A DNA stretch of 64,000 bases from Candidatus Latescibacterota bacterium (GTDB lineage Bacteria > Latescibacterota > UBA2968). The translations under genes were made by a program, and so were the position numbers. The stretch covers positions 2,208,001 through 2,272,000 of the forward strand of contig OZ242311.1 of the NCBI GenBank assembly GCA_965207885.1. Direction: 5' to 3'. Of this stretch, positions 30,409-38,538 are shown piece by piece (the stretch's first letter is position 1; every line of letters begins with the position of its first letter). The notes under the pieces are model-generated. The model saw only the letters and a list, made by a program, of their open reading frames with translations. It searched no databases and was not told the DNA's origin.

Positions 30409-31218
30409 TTAATCGTTCCCCCATCCGTGATACGAAAGATGCTTATATACAACGTCTGCCCATACTTCAAAATGAGCCGCTTTCTGATACTGATATAAAT
30501 TGGGCGGTCTCGTATGTGGATGATAAGTGTTTAGCCAAATAATCTCCATCTCTCCAACCGTTATTAGATAAACATAGCACTCATCTACGCAGGTTTCAAG
30601 TCTCTCTGCTGATCCGTAGCAGTCCTGCTCGCCATTGTAAATTCCACTTTCAACGACTGCTTGTGCCATTCTACCTTGCGTTACAAGTATATCAGGAGAC
30701 AAGATTTCAATTTCTTTAGGTAGAAACTTCCTGCAATTATTAAACATCGTTATTGATGCCATTGCGTTTCCCTTGTTATTCTGACAGCACTTTGCACTGT
30801 TGGTATGTGCGAAGTAAGAACCAACTTTCTTGAATTGCAGGCTTGGTCGAAATCTCCTTAGAAGCATCCAAGCAAGTATATGTGTTTCTTGCCAATGATC
30901 GCCTTTTGGTAGCGATAACGGATCATCTCCTACAACTTCAATGTTGTCTATCACAGTTAATGCCCTTTTGTATGGGTCTTTGTCTGCTGACCCAGGATCG
31001 AGGGAGACAAATAAGACTCTCGGTAATTTATTCTTGATATAATCCGCTCCAATAGTTGGTTCAGTTGGTCCTACAAAGTCAGGATTCCCGCCTTTGCATT
31101 CTTTACAATGGACACAGTTGAACCTATTGGCAGATATACCTTTTGATTCATAATAAAATCTTAGTCTCCTAATCATTCTATCACAAAACCATTGTCTTAT
31201 TCTATCTACATTGTTCAT
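30409..31218 (-). CDS. Uracil-DNA glycosylase superfamily protein
   Basis: VLFVSLDPG, HTNSAKCC, NCRKFLPKEIEILSPDILVTQG, TYHP; N-terminal Cys cluster; start MNNVD after AGGAG. Confidence 0.7.
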   Translation of the reverse strand: MNNVDRIRQWFCDRMIRRLRFYYESKGISANRFNCVHCKECKGGNPDFVGPTEPTIGADYIKNKLPRVLFVSLDPGSADKDPYKRALTVIDNIEVVGDDPLSLPKGDHWQETHILAWMLLRRFRPSLQFKKVGSYFAHTNSAKCCQNNKGNAMASITMFNNCRKFLPKEIEILSPDILVTQGRMAQAVVESGIYNGEQDCYGSAERLETCVDECYVYLITVGEMEIIWLNTYHPHTRPPNLYQYQKAAHFEVWADVVYKHLSYHGWGND

Positions 31219-31228
31219 CTTGATGCTC

Positions 31229-31756
31229 CTATCTGTGAAGTTTCCAAACATAGTCAGTCGAGAATGTCCAACCAAACGATTGAGGATTGCTTGACAACCT
31301 GTAATAATTCCAGAGTATCCTTGCCGCTTCATCAGTGACAGTATTCAAATGTTGCTTGAACAAATACGTCCTCGTCTCATTAGAAGGAATTGTATCCGTA
31401 ATAGCAACATTAAAAGACTTCAATCCTCGACTGCTAAAAGTTGCTGGTTCATCCATTTCTACACTCAATCTGGCAAGGATAAGTCTCAACGGTTCCCTAC
31501 CCGTTTTGACTACACAACGAATTAGAAGGAATTGCAAATTGTTTCTGTCCAATCCACCAGCGGTAACGTAACCGTGTATAAGCGCGTTAGGGCGGTCTTT
31601 CTCATATACCCGAAAAGCGTCACGGGATATAACTGTATCGCGCTTAGACGCCTTAACTTGCGCCCCTTCAGCGTATAGCACGTTGTTGTGTCGGACTTGA
31701 GCAAAGGCATTGCTCGACAACAATAGCAACAAGCCTGACAATGCTAAAACTTTCAT
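31229..31756 (-). CDS. Secreted hypothetical protein
   Basis: Signal peptide MKVLALSGLLLLLSSNAFA; SD GAGGAG. Confidence 0.7.
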   Translation of the reverse strand: MKVLALSGLLLLLSSNAFAQVRHNNVLYAEGAQVKASKRDTVISRDAFRVYEKDRPNALIHGYVTAGGLDRNNLQFLLIRCVVKTGREPLRLILARLSVEMDEPATFSSRGLKSFNVAITDTIPSNETRTYLFKQHLNTVTDEAARILWNYYRLSSNPQSFGWTFSTDYVWKLHR

Positions 31757-31760
31757 TTAA

Positions 31761-32297
31761 TTACTCCTCTATGAAGTGTATCCCTTCTAACGACCAAGTA
31801 CCAGTATCCGTATTGTGATCGAATGCAACACTTACGTCTATATCCATTTCGGCACCTACTCCGATTTCAACATAGGTAATAGGGTATCTAATGAGGACTC
31901 GACATATAAACGCATTGCCTTTCCTTGAAACTGCTGTTGTTCTACTGCTCCCACTCCAAGCAGGCCAGTAGCTCGGAAAGTCTGTTAATCGACGATTTAT
32001 ACCTGCTAAACGTCTATAAACAACAGGTCTTGACATTTTCATAAGTTTATCAAGTTCACTATTCGAGAATTCTCGGTTGACAAGATCGACCCTTATTTTC
32101 TCGATTGAATCACGTCTCGCATCTCCTGTCGGTCTAAATTCTACCTTGTTGTCGTCACGACCATTCCAACACATCGAATATACTGCACATCCTAAGACGA
32201 AGAGGATGATACTCTTACCGAAACATCCGATTCCTTCAGATTCGGTTTCAGTCGTATTTTCATTCTTGTTCTCAGTATTCTCAGATTGATTGCTCAT
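31761..32297 (-). CDS. Hypothetical single-TM membrane protein
   Basis: Start MSNQS after AAGGAG; one hydrophobic segment. Confidence 0.65.
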   Translation of the reverse strand: MSNQSENTENKNENTTETESEGIGCFGKSIILFVLGCAVYSMCWNGRDDNKVEFRPTGDARRDSIEKIRVDLVNREFSNSELDKLMKMSRPVVYRRLAGINRRLTDFPSYWPAWSGSSRTTAVSRKGNAFICRVLIRYPITYVEIGVGAEMDIDVSVAFDHNTDTGTWSLEGIHFIEE

Positions 32298-32406
32298 TGG
32301 ATTACTCCTTAAAATGCTTGACTTGATTGATTCCATTGCATATCGTAACGAACAAGGACGGTATTCCAATTTCTCGGAACACCGTCCCTGCGACTTAGTT
32401 CGTTCC

Positions 32407-32970
32407 TTAGCTCATTGAGAATTCATACAATGGTATGAGCTTATCAAACTCGCTAAGAATGTTCTGGACGCCTAACGGATTAGCTGGCTCTTTATTCAGA
32501 TTGAAGAATGATATAAAGTTGCCATCCTCGATCCATTCGTCATTGATGATAGGATCGCCAGCTTTGACGATTATATCTTGCCTCGGTTTAGTCAATCCTA
32601 AGCGGTAGTTCTCAAATCCGCTACTGAACCGTTCAACGAATTGATTAAACCTTACGATCCTCGGTCGCATTCGACCCAATATGCTACGACCTCGCACAGT
32701 ATCGAGAGAGAATGCAAGACCGTACTCGATATAGTTACCGTCTCTCTGGTCGAGAAATTGAACGTTAAACTGGCATTCGTCACGTCCGCCCCAATGATAG
32801 GCGTAATCCTTCTCCTGATTTTCGTGACGATCAAATTGAAAGATTCCAGAACCAGCTTGACAGCCTAAGCCTCTCAAATGTTTTCGAGTGCGTTGGAGTT
32901 GGGCTATTCGATAGCCATACCAAGCATCGTGATCGAGGGCTTCCGCAACTTCAGAAATATGATTGTACAA
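32407..32970 (-). CDS. Hypothetical protein (HWGGR..QFN...YGLAFSL domain)
   Basis: Globular ORF; TTG start after AAGGA; the motif recalls N-terminal domains of nuclease-fused proteins (unverified). Confidence 0.6.
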   Translation of the reverse strand: MYNHISEVAEALDHDAWYGYRIAQLQRTRKHLRGLGCQAGSGIFQFDRHENQEKDYAYHWGGRDECQFNVQFLDQRDGNYIEYGLAFSLDTVRGRSILGRMRPRIVRFNQFVERFSSGFENYRLGLTKPRQDIIVKAGDPIINDEWIEDGNFISFFNLNKEPANPLGVQNILSEFDKLIPLYEFSMS

Positions 32971-33290
32971 GGTAAATTCCTTTCTTTCGTTCCCAACGTT
33001 TGAAAGGTTACGATACGGAGTGATCAGCACAATCGCTCCGTATCATTTATAAATAGAAAACGCATTTCTATAACTGGTTGTTTCTATGCCACTTACGCCA
33101 AAAATCAAGGTGTCGGGCATTTGTCAACGACCACAGTATAGTAATGCGGATGTCCTGCTTATTCGCCAGTCAAGGGAGCTACCCTCAACTTGTCTCCATT
33201 GGCTATTTTATTTAGCAGATACCCGACAAGACGGGTACTGTGCATCGTTGACGCTATAAATATACTCTATTACTTATTAGGTCACTGGAG

Positions 33291-34142
33291 TTACCCCGTT
33301 TTAGTGGATAGTGTAGAACTTTCAACCCCGTCACCTTTTGCCATCAGTTTTTCATAGGTGATGGGCGATTGGTACCTGATCGCAGAGTGTCTGCGGTGTG
33401 GGTTATACCACCCTTCAATATACTCGAAGATAGACAGTTTGGCCTGATTATGATTGGGGAAGCTATGCCGGTCTATCAACTCGCATTCAAGGGTAGCAAA
33501 GAAGCTTTCACACAAGGCATTGTCAAAGCAATCGCCAACCGATCCGACAGAGGGTTTGACCCCCATTCTTGCACAGCGTTGACCAAAGGCATAAGAGGTA
33601 TATTGAGCGCCTTGATCTGAATGATGGATGACCCCATCTGGTCGTCGGTTCCAAAGTGCCATATCCAAGGCATCTAAGACCAGTTGGGTCTTCAGATGCG
33701 AGGCCATTGCCCAACCAACTACGCGTCTGGAGAAGGCGTCGAGAACAACAGAGAGATACAAAAAGCCAGACCAGGTTTTTATGTAGGTAATATCAGCGAC
33801 CCACAGCTTGTTGGGCTTATCAACCCTAAAGTCTCGCTTAACCAGATCAGGGGCTTTCTCGTCTGTGATAGACCGGTATGTAGTCAGGATACCTTTTCTT
33901 CGGCTCACACCACATATATTGGCTTGTCGCATCAGTCTTGCGACCCGTTTCTTGCTGATGTGGACACCTACTTCGCGCAGATCCTGAAAGATACGCGGTG
34001 CGCCATAGGTTCCATTAGAACGCTGATGAAAGGTGCTTATTTGTTCTGTTAACTTTTCATCGTCCTTTGCCCGTTTAGATAAAGGTCTATTACACCAGGC
34101 ATAATACCCACTGGTGGAGACACCCAGCACGCGGCATAGCAT
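33291..34142 (-). CDS. IS3 transposase OrfB (integrase core; expressed by -1 frameshift)
   Basis: WVADITY, HHSDQG, CFDNALCESFF, YNPHRRHS. Confidence 0.93.
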   Translation of the reverse strand: MLCRVLGVSTSGYYAWCNRPLSKRAKDDEKLTEQISTFHQRSNGTYGAPRIFQDLREVGVHISKKRVARLMRQANICGVSRRKGILTTYRSITDEKAPDLVKRDFRVDKPNKLWVADITYIKTWSGFLYLSVVLDAFSRRVVGWAMASHLKTQLVLDALDMALWNRRPDGVIHHSDQGAQYTSYAFGQRCARMGVKPSVGSVGDCFDNALCESFFATLECELIDRHSFPNHNQAKLSIFEYIEGWYNPHRRHSAIRYQSPITYEKLMAKGDGVESSTLSTKTG

Positions 34143-34171
34143 GGTGATCGGATGGATGGCCTGATGCGCCT

Positions 34172-34483
34172 TTATGTATCTGAAGATTTTGGGGGTATCG
34201 CATCGGTCTCCGCTGCGAACCAGGCCGCGGCTTTTGCAAGGATCTCACGCTCTTGACGCAAGCGTTTATTTTCTTTGCGAAGCCGCTGAAGTTCTTCTCG
34301 CTCACGACTGGTCAACCCATCGTCCCGACGGCCTTCATCGCGGTCTGCTTGACGCACCCAGGCACTGATCGTCTGAGCGGTCGGCTCAAACTCTTTGGCC
34401 AAATCGCTGGCACTACGGCCTGATCTGACCAGCGCGACCATTTGCTGGCGAAATGCTGATGGATATGATCTTTTTCTTCCCAT
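34172..34483 (-). CDS. IS3 transposase OrfA
   Basis: HTH plus leucine zipper (ELQRLRKENKRLRQEREILAKAAAWFA); slippery C-CCA-AAA near the 3' end leads into OrfB frame KIFRYIKAHQAIHPITMLC. Confidence 0.92.
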   Translation of the reverse strand: MGRKRSYPSAFRQQMVALVRSGRSASDLAKEFEPTAQTISAWVRQADRDEGRRDDGLTSREREELQRLRKENKRLRQEREILAKAAAWFAAETDAIPPKSSDT

Positions 34484-34593
34484 TGCGGACTCCTTTCTCT
34501 GAAAGAGATAAGTTGTCCACTAAAACGGGTCAAGTCCACACAACATCTTTTCCTCCTTTGCTCTAATTCAACTTAACAATTCCTTGTAACGGG

Positions 34594-35511
34594 CTAATCC
34601 TTTTCCTGTTGTTCTCGCTCATATCCCCAATTCGGCATCAACTCATAAGCAGTCAAACTATGACACAAGAAATTGTAAAAGACTCTATCTCTGTTGTAAA
34701 ATCTGTGATTGTATTTGTAACAGTATTCAGCCAGATAGTACGGAGCGTTGTCCTCGCTATAATGATGATGAGTTCCTTTCAGAGCTTTCTTCATAAGTCT
34801 CCAAAATCCCTCAATCGTGTTAGTGTGAATACCGTTTGTAAATCCCTTATCTTTTCTCGTCATTATCCTATGATTGACAATTTCATTGACTCTACTATAA
34901 GATTTGAAATTATCAGTGATAAGAGTTGACCCTTTAGGATTGATTGATTCCTCTATGAAACGTCTAATCGTCCGACCTGAAACATCGCTGACAATCCGCG
35001 TAGCAACCCGACCTTCTCTTTCAACAATGCCAAGTAGCTTGAGTTTGTTAGCTCCTCGACCTTGTTTAGTTTCCTTGCCTATCTTAATATCAAGATACGT
35101 TTCGTCAGCTTCGAGTATGCCAGACAACTTTTTAAATTCCAGAGACCAGTATTCCTCTTTAAGAAATTCCTGCCGTATTCTCATCTGGATGCTATACGCT
35201 GCCCTCTGTGTTATTCCAAGATGCTCTGCCATTTCGTTACTTGACAAACTGCTCCTCGATATTAACATTTGACGTATAGCCTCGAACCACAATTCTAAAG
35301 GATAACCTGTCCCTGCAAACAACGTTCCAGAAAGAACATTGAAACTACTCCCGCAATTATAGCAATTCCAACGTCCTATGAGATTGTTCTCCCGTTTTCG
35401 AGAAACGTTGAAATGACCGCAATGAGGACAGTATTCTACTTCTTTATAGCGAATGTCCTCAAGATACTTGATATAGTCGGCTTGTTCGTTAAGACCTTTA
35501 ATTCGTTTCAT
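34594..35511 (-). CDS. IS1595-family DDE transposase
   Basis: Zn ribbon CPHC...CYNC, HTH, EADETY, TDNFKSY, HTNTIEGFWRLMK, YLAEYCYKYNHR. Confidence 0.92.
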   Translation of the reverse strand: MKRIKGLNEQADYIKYLEDIRYKEVEYCPHCGHFNVSRKRENNLIGRWNCYNCGSSFNVLSGTLFAGTGYPLELWFEAIRQMLISRSSLSSNEMAEHLGITQRAAYSIQMRIRQEFLKEEYWSLEFKKLSGILEADETYLDIKIGKETKQGRGANKLKLLGIVEREGRVATRIVSDVSGRTIRRFIEESINPKGSTLITDNFKSYSRVNEIVNHRIMTRKDKGFTNGIHTNTIEGFWRLMKKALKGTHHHYSEDNAPYYLAEYCYKYNHRFYNRDRVFYNFLCHSLTAYELMPNWGYEREQQEKD

Positions 35512-35751
35512 TGCGCTAAACCTTTCAGATAGTGGAATGGATTAAAGCCAGGTTGGGAGGCGAGTGCCGTCGCCTCCCTTCCGTTTCCAGTTCCGTTTCA
35601 ATAGGGTAAGCCCACAAAAGGGCAAAATTCAGTTAGAATTTGCAAACTTAATTAACAAAATACTAATTTATTCGTCATATATCCCTAATCCGTATTATTC
35701 TATAAGCAGTAACAATTATCATTTTAGCGACCTTTAAGGAGGTGATTGTCT

Positions 35752-35895
35752 GTGTCAGATAGTAAACGTCCAACACCAGCCGAGCAAGAAATTGAAAAGA
35801 AACTCAATCCAGATTCTCAGAAATCTGAAGAACGTTCCGAGATTAGCGAAGCTAAGAAATTGATCGACAAGGAGATCGAATCAGATAAAAAGTAG
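35752..35895 (+). CDS. 47-aa highly charged small protein
   Basis: Perfect SD TAAGGAGGTGA; MSDSKRPTPAEQEIEKKLNPDSQKSEERSEISEAKKLIDKEIESDKK*. Confidence 0.6.
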   Translation: MSDSKRPTPAEQEIEKKLNPDSQKSEERSEISEAKKLIDKEIESDKK

Positions 35896-35897
35896 AA

Positions 35898-35939
35898 AAG
35901 GACAAGGTCATATAACACGTAGGTTTTGACCTTGTCCTT
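35898..35939. terminator. Strong hairpin after the 47-aa ORF
   Basis: AAGGACAAGGTCA...TGACCTTGTCCTT (13-bp stem). Confidence 0.55.
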
Positions 35940-35983
35940 GATAAATTTAGACACTTTGAACACTTTGGCAAGGATAAATTGAC

Positions 35984-36190
35984 GTGGATAAACCAGTATA
36001 TAAATTCTTTACCGTTACCCCTTTTGACCAAAAGCGTCCTGAAGATGTATTAAATGAGTATTACGAGGAAGGGTATAGAGTTGATACGATGACCACAAAT
36101 CGTCACGTATATCCAGAGGGCACTGATCTTGCAACTCATCCTATCGTATTTCACTATCACATAGTTATGAAGCTCAAAGATTCAGACTAA
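35984..36190 (+). CDS. Small hypothetical protein (DUF4177-like)
   Basis: YKF...EDVLNEYYEEGYRV pattern; SD AAGGA. Confidence 0.55.
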   Translation: MDKPVYKFFTVTPFDQKRPEDVLNEYYEEGYRVDTMTTNRHVYPEGTDLATHPIVFHYHIVMKLKDSD

Positions 36191-36197
36191 TAAAACG

Positions 36198-36485
36198 TCA
36201 TAGCTGATCTTCCTGTTTTGGCTGATACCTCTTGATGATATGATGCTCGATGTGATCCAGTTCTATCTCTACACCTTCACTGTCTTGGTTCTGTGTCTTT
36301 TCAGTCGCTCGTCGTGCGCTCATTGCCAATGCAACACACCAGCCGATGAGTGTCCAGCCCAATAAGAAGTTTATCCAGAAGATACCAACGACGTTATGAC
36401 ATCCACGAACCAGTGCGATGATGAAGGGCACAAAGTAGATTGCCAAAGTGGCAAGGCTGACCCATACATCTAATTCACCTTCCAT
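36198..36485 (-). CDS. Superinfection immunity protein (T4 Imm-like)
   Basis: IYFVPFIIA..R..HN...IFWINFLLGWTLIGWCVAL signature. Confidence 0.88.
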   Translation of the reverse strand: MEGELDVWVSLATLAIYFVPFIIALVRGCHNVVGIFWINFLLGWTLIGWCVALAMSARRATEKTQNQDSEGVEIELDHIEHHIIKRYQPKQEDQL

Positions 36486-36495
36486 CGCAAACCTC

Positions 36496-36690
36496 TTATT
36501 TGGAGTCGTTTAGCCATCCACGTTTTCTATCTGCAATACACGCGGCAAGCGATATGATTAAAATAATTTGATCTTTCGTAAAATCTGAATCCATCAATTT
36601 TTGTTTGAAAGAGTGCGATCCTATGTGAACACTTGGAGAACCGAATGTCTCAAGAATTTTTACAATTTCTTCAACTTGTTCTCGATTCAT
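36496..36690 (-). CDS. Small hypothetical protein (paralog A)
   Basis: SD AAGG; shares L.DS.F.K.Q....I..A..IA with 36794-37000. Confidence 0.6.
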   Translation of the reverse strand: MNREQVEEIVKILETFGSPSVHIGSHSFKQKLMDSDFTKDQIILIISLAACIADRKRGWLNDSK

Positions 36691-36793
36691 TTTAATTCGC
36701 CTTTCTCCGTTGAGTAGGTTAGTTGTTTTGATCTGGTTTTCTTATGCCAATTATATCTGAAACTACGTGCCGTGTCAATGCCCTTTTATTAGT

Positions 36794-37000
36794 TCAGCGA
36801 TTCCCGTTCCCATATTCTTTGTTAAGTAAAACAAGAGACCGTGCGATGTGTTCAGCTATCACAATAACTCCCATTGCCTGTTCCTTGCTAAATTTGGAAT
36901 CCTCCAGAAACTCTCTGATTTCCCATATATACTGAGGTGGGATATTTGTAAATTTTTCCTCGACAAATCCTGTCACGTAATCAAGTTCTTGTTTTGTCAT
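36794..37000 (-). CDS. Small hypothetical protein (paralog B)
   Basis: SD AAGGAGGT; paralog of 36496-36690. Confidence 0.65.
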   Translation of the reverse strand: MTKQELDYVTGFVEEKFTNIPPQYIWEIREFLEDSKFSKEQAMGVIVIAEHIARSLVLLNKEYGNGNR

Positions 37001-37178
37001 TACCTACCTCCTTCTTGTAGCGTTTCCATCTTCGCTTTTTATCCCACTTTGCAAATGCTTCGAGTCTCTCATCTTCAGTCTCATCTGGTAGAACGAGACA
37101 ACCCAAAGACCAACAAATAATCAATAACATCATTACGCAAAAGATAAAGCCCATAAGATACAGCCAGAATGTAAACAT
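36981..37178 (-). CDS. Small single-TM protein with basic C-terminus
   Basis: SD GAGGAG; hydrophobic N-terminus. Confidence 0.55.
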   Translation of the reverse strand: MFTFWLYLMGFIFCVMMLLIICWSLGCLVLPDETEDERLEAFAKWDKKRRWKRYKKEVGNDKTRT

Positions 37179-37372
37179 CTACAACAATCTCCTCTTTAAT
37201 AAGACGGTCGATATAAGTTTATTAACCATTTGTATCACTTAAACTTATATACTCGGTAGTTGCAGTCAATTATTTCTAATTGCAGGCTTGCGCCTTCGTG
37301 CAAGCGAGGTTGTTTAGTCACGGAGGCATATAATGGCTGAGGACAAATGTAGGGCTTGGATTGCTGATTGTG

Positions 37373-37564
37373 TTACTGTCCGATCTTCTCAAGTAGAGAT
37401 TCCGCAAGAGATCGTGCTTGATTATCGTCAAGCGGCAAGAAAAAACCATCTTCTGGAAAAGAACGAGGCTTATTTATACTGGCCGAAGAAACGTGAATAA
37501 AGATATTTCCAGATTCATCATCTACAACATTTATTGTTACTTTAAATCGTTGATACTCTTTCAT
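37373..37564 (-). CDS. Small hypothetical protein
   Basis: Start MKEYQ after AAAGGA; overlaps an antisense ORF at 37333-37500. Confidence 0.45.
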   Translation of the reverse strand: MKEYQRFKVTINVVDDESGNIFIHVSSASINKPRSFPEDGFFLPLDDNQARSLAESLLEKIGQ

Positions 37565-37708
37565 TCTAAATCCTTTCTTTGAACAACCTCGCATCGCAAT
37601 ATATCCCTCCAATTATCGTTGTCAATAAATTTGTTCTTGACATTCTCCGTTATCTCCTATAAACTCGAAATTCACATTAATTTCAACTAATTTATAGGAG
37701 AATAACTT

Positions 37709-38380
37709 TTGAATAAAACAATCCTTGCAGAGTTTAATAGATTGGAGAAACAAGCTAAAGAGGTCATTGCTTCTAAATATACATATAGAAGTCCTCATAG
37801 TAGTCGGGAAGGAACGGATCACGTTAATTATACTCTGTTTAATTTGTTTACATCGTCTCTCTTATCTTTTATAGACAAGTTCTACGGATCAACTCACATA
37901 TACTACTCTGAAGTTAAAGCAAGGTCGTCTGATTCTTACTCGAATGCAGAGATAAATGTCGGCATTCTTAAAACTATTAGAGAAGAATTTGAGTCAGGAT
38001 TCTTTACGTTAGACCTCAGAAGTTTAATCGCTGAGGAGATATTTTCAGATTACTTAGAAATGTCGGAGCATCTACTTAAGAAGGGTTACAAAGATGCCGC
38101 TGCTGTGATAATCGGCAGTTCCTTAGAAAGTCATCTACGTCAGCTATGTGTTGCTAACGAAATGTCTCTGACAGATGATAGAGATAGAATCAAGACTGCT
38201 GGCAGACTCAATGATGAATTACATAGAAACGAAGTTTATGGTGGACTTTATCATAAGCAGTTATTGGGCTGGTTAGAGATACGCAACAATGCCGCTCACG
38301 GTCATTATGACAAGTATAATAGAGATCAAGTCTCACTGATGTTGCAAGGCGTCACCAACTTTATTTCCAGTAACCAGTAA
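37709..38380 (+). CDS. HEPN/DUF4145-like protein
   Basis: AAAVIIGSSLESHLR helix and RNNAAH (Rx4H) motif; SD AGGAG. Confidence 0.8.
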   Translation: MNKTILAEFNRLEKQAKEVIASKYTYRSPHSSREGTDHVNYTLFNLFTSSLLSFIDKFYGSTHIYYSEVKARSSDSYSNAEINVGILKTIREEFESGFFTLDLRSLIAEEIFSDYLEMSEHLLKKGYKDAAAVIIGSSLESHLRQLCVANEMSLTDDRDRIKTAGRLNDELHRNEVYGGLYHKQLLGWLEIRNNAAHGHYDKYNRDQVSLMLQGVTNFISSNQ

Positions 38381-38473
38381 ATTCCCTCCAAATTCAGTTT
38401 TTCACTCAAAAGCCTCACAAGTCTATCCCTACCGATTACAGGCTTTCTAAGCCTGTCACTGGATAACCTAAAA

Positions 38474-38538
38474 TCTATGTTCTTACAATCTATTGCTACA
38501 CAATGGATTAGAAAGAAAGCCCCTCAAGGCTTATTTCC
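38474..38538 (-). repeat. Right imperfect terminal inverted repeat
   Basis: Reverse complement GGAAATAAGCCTTGAGGGGCTTTCTTTCTAATCCATT aligns without gaps to the left end. Confidence 0.7.

Larger units (their letters stand above)
33286..34538 (-). mobile_element. Complete IS3-family insertion sequence (1253 bp)
   Basis: IRs TGGAGTTACCCCGTTTTAGTGGA / TGGACTTGACCCGTTTTAGTGGA; 3-bp target duplication CAC (33283-33285; 34539-34541). Confidence 0.93.
29637..38538. mobile_element. Cargo-carrying IS1595-family transposon (8902 bp including a nested IS3)
   Basis: Perfect flanking 8-bp direct repeat TTAATTTT (29629-29636; 38539-38546). Inverted ends GGCAATTAGCTTT / GGAAATAAGCCTT. Internal IS1595-type transposase. 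AT-rich interior. Confidence 0.8.

Noticed and set aside
34539-34560. Strong SD AAGGAGG plus ATG on the minus strand at the IS3 insertion point
   Set aside because: Removing the IS gives ATG-TTG-TGA, so no interrupted gene can be supported.
29637-38538. Prophage remnant, integrase island or integron cassette array
   Set aside because: There is no integrase, phage structural gene, tRNA att site or canonical attC. Inverted ends plus an 8-bp duplication fit DDE transposition better.
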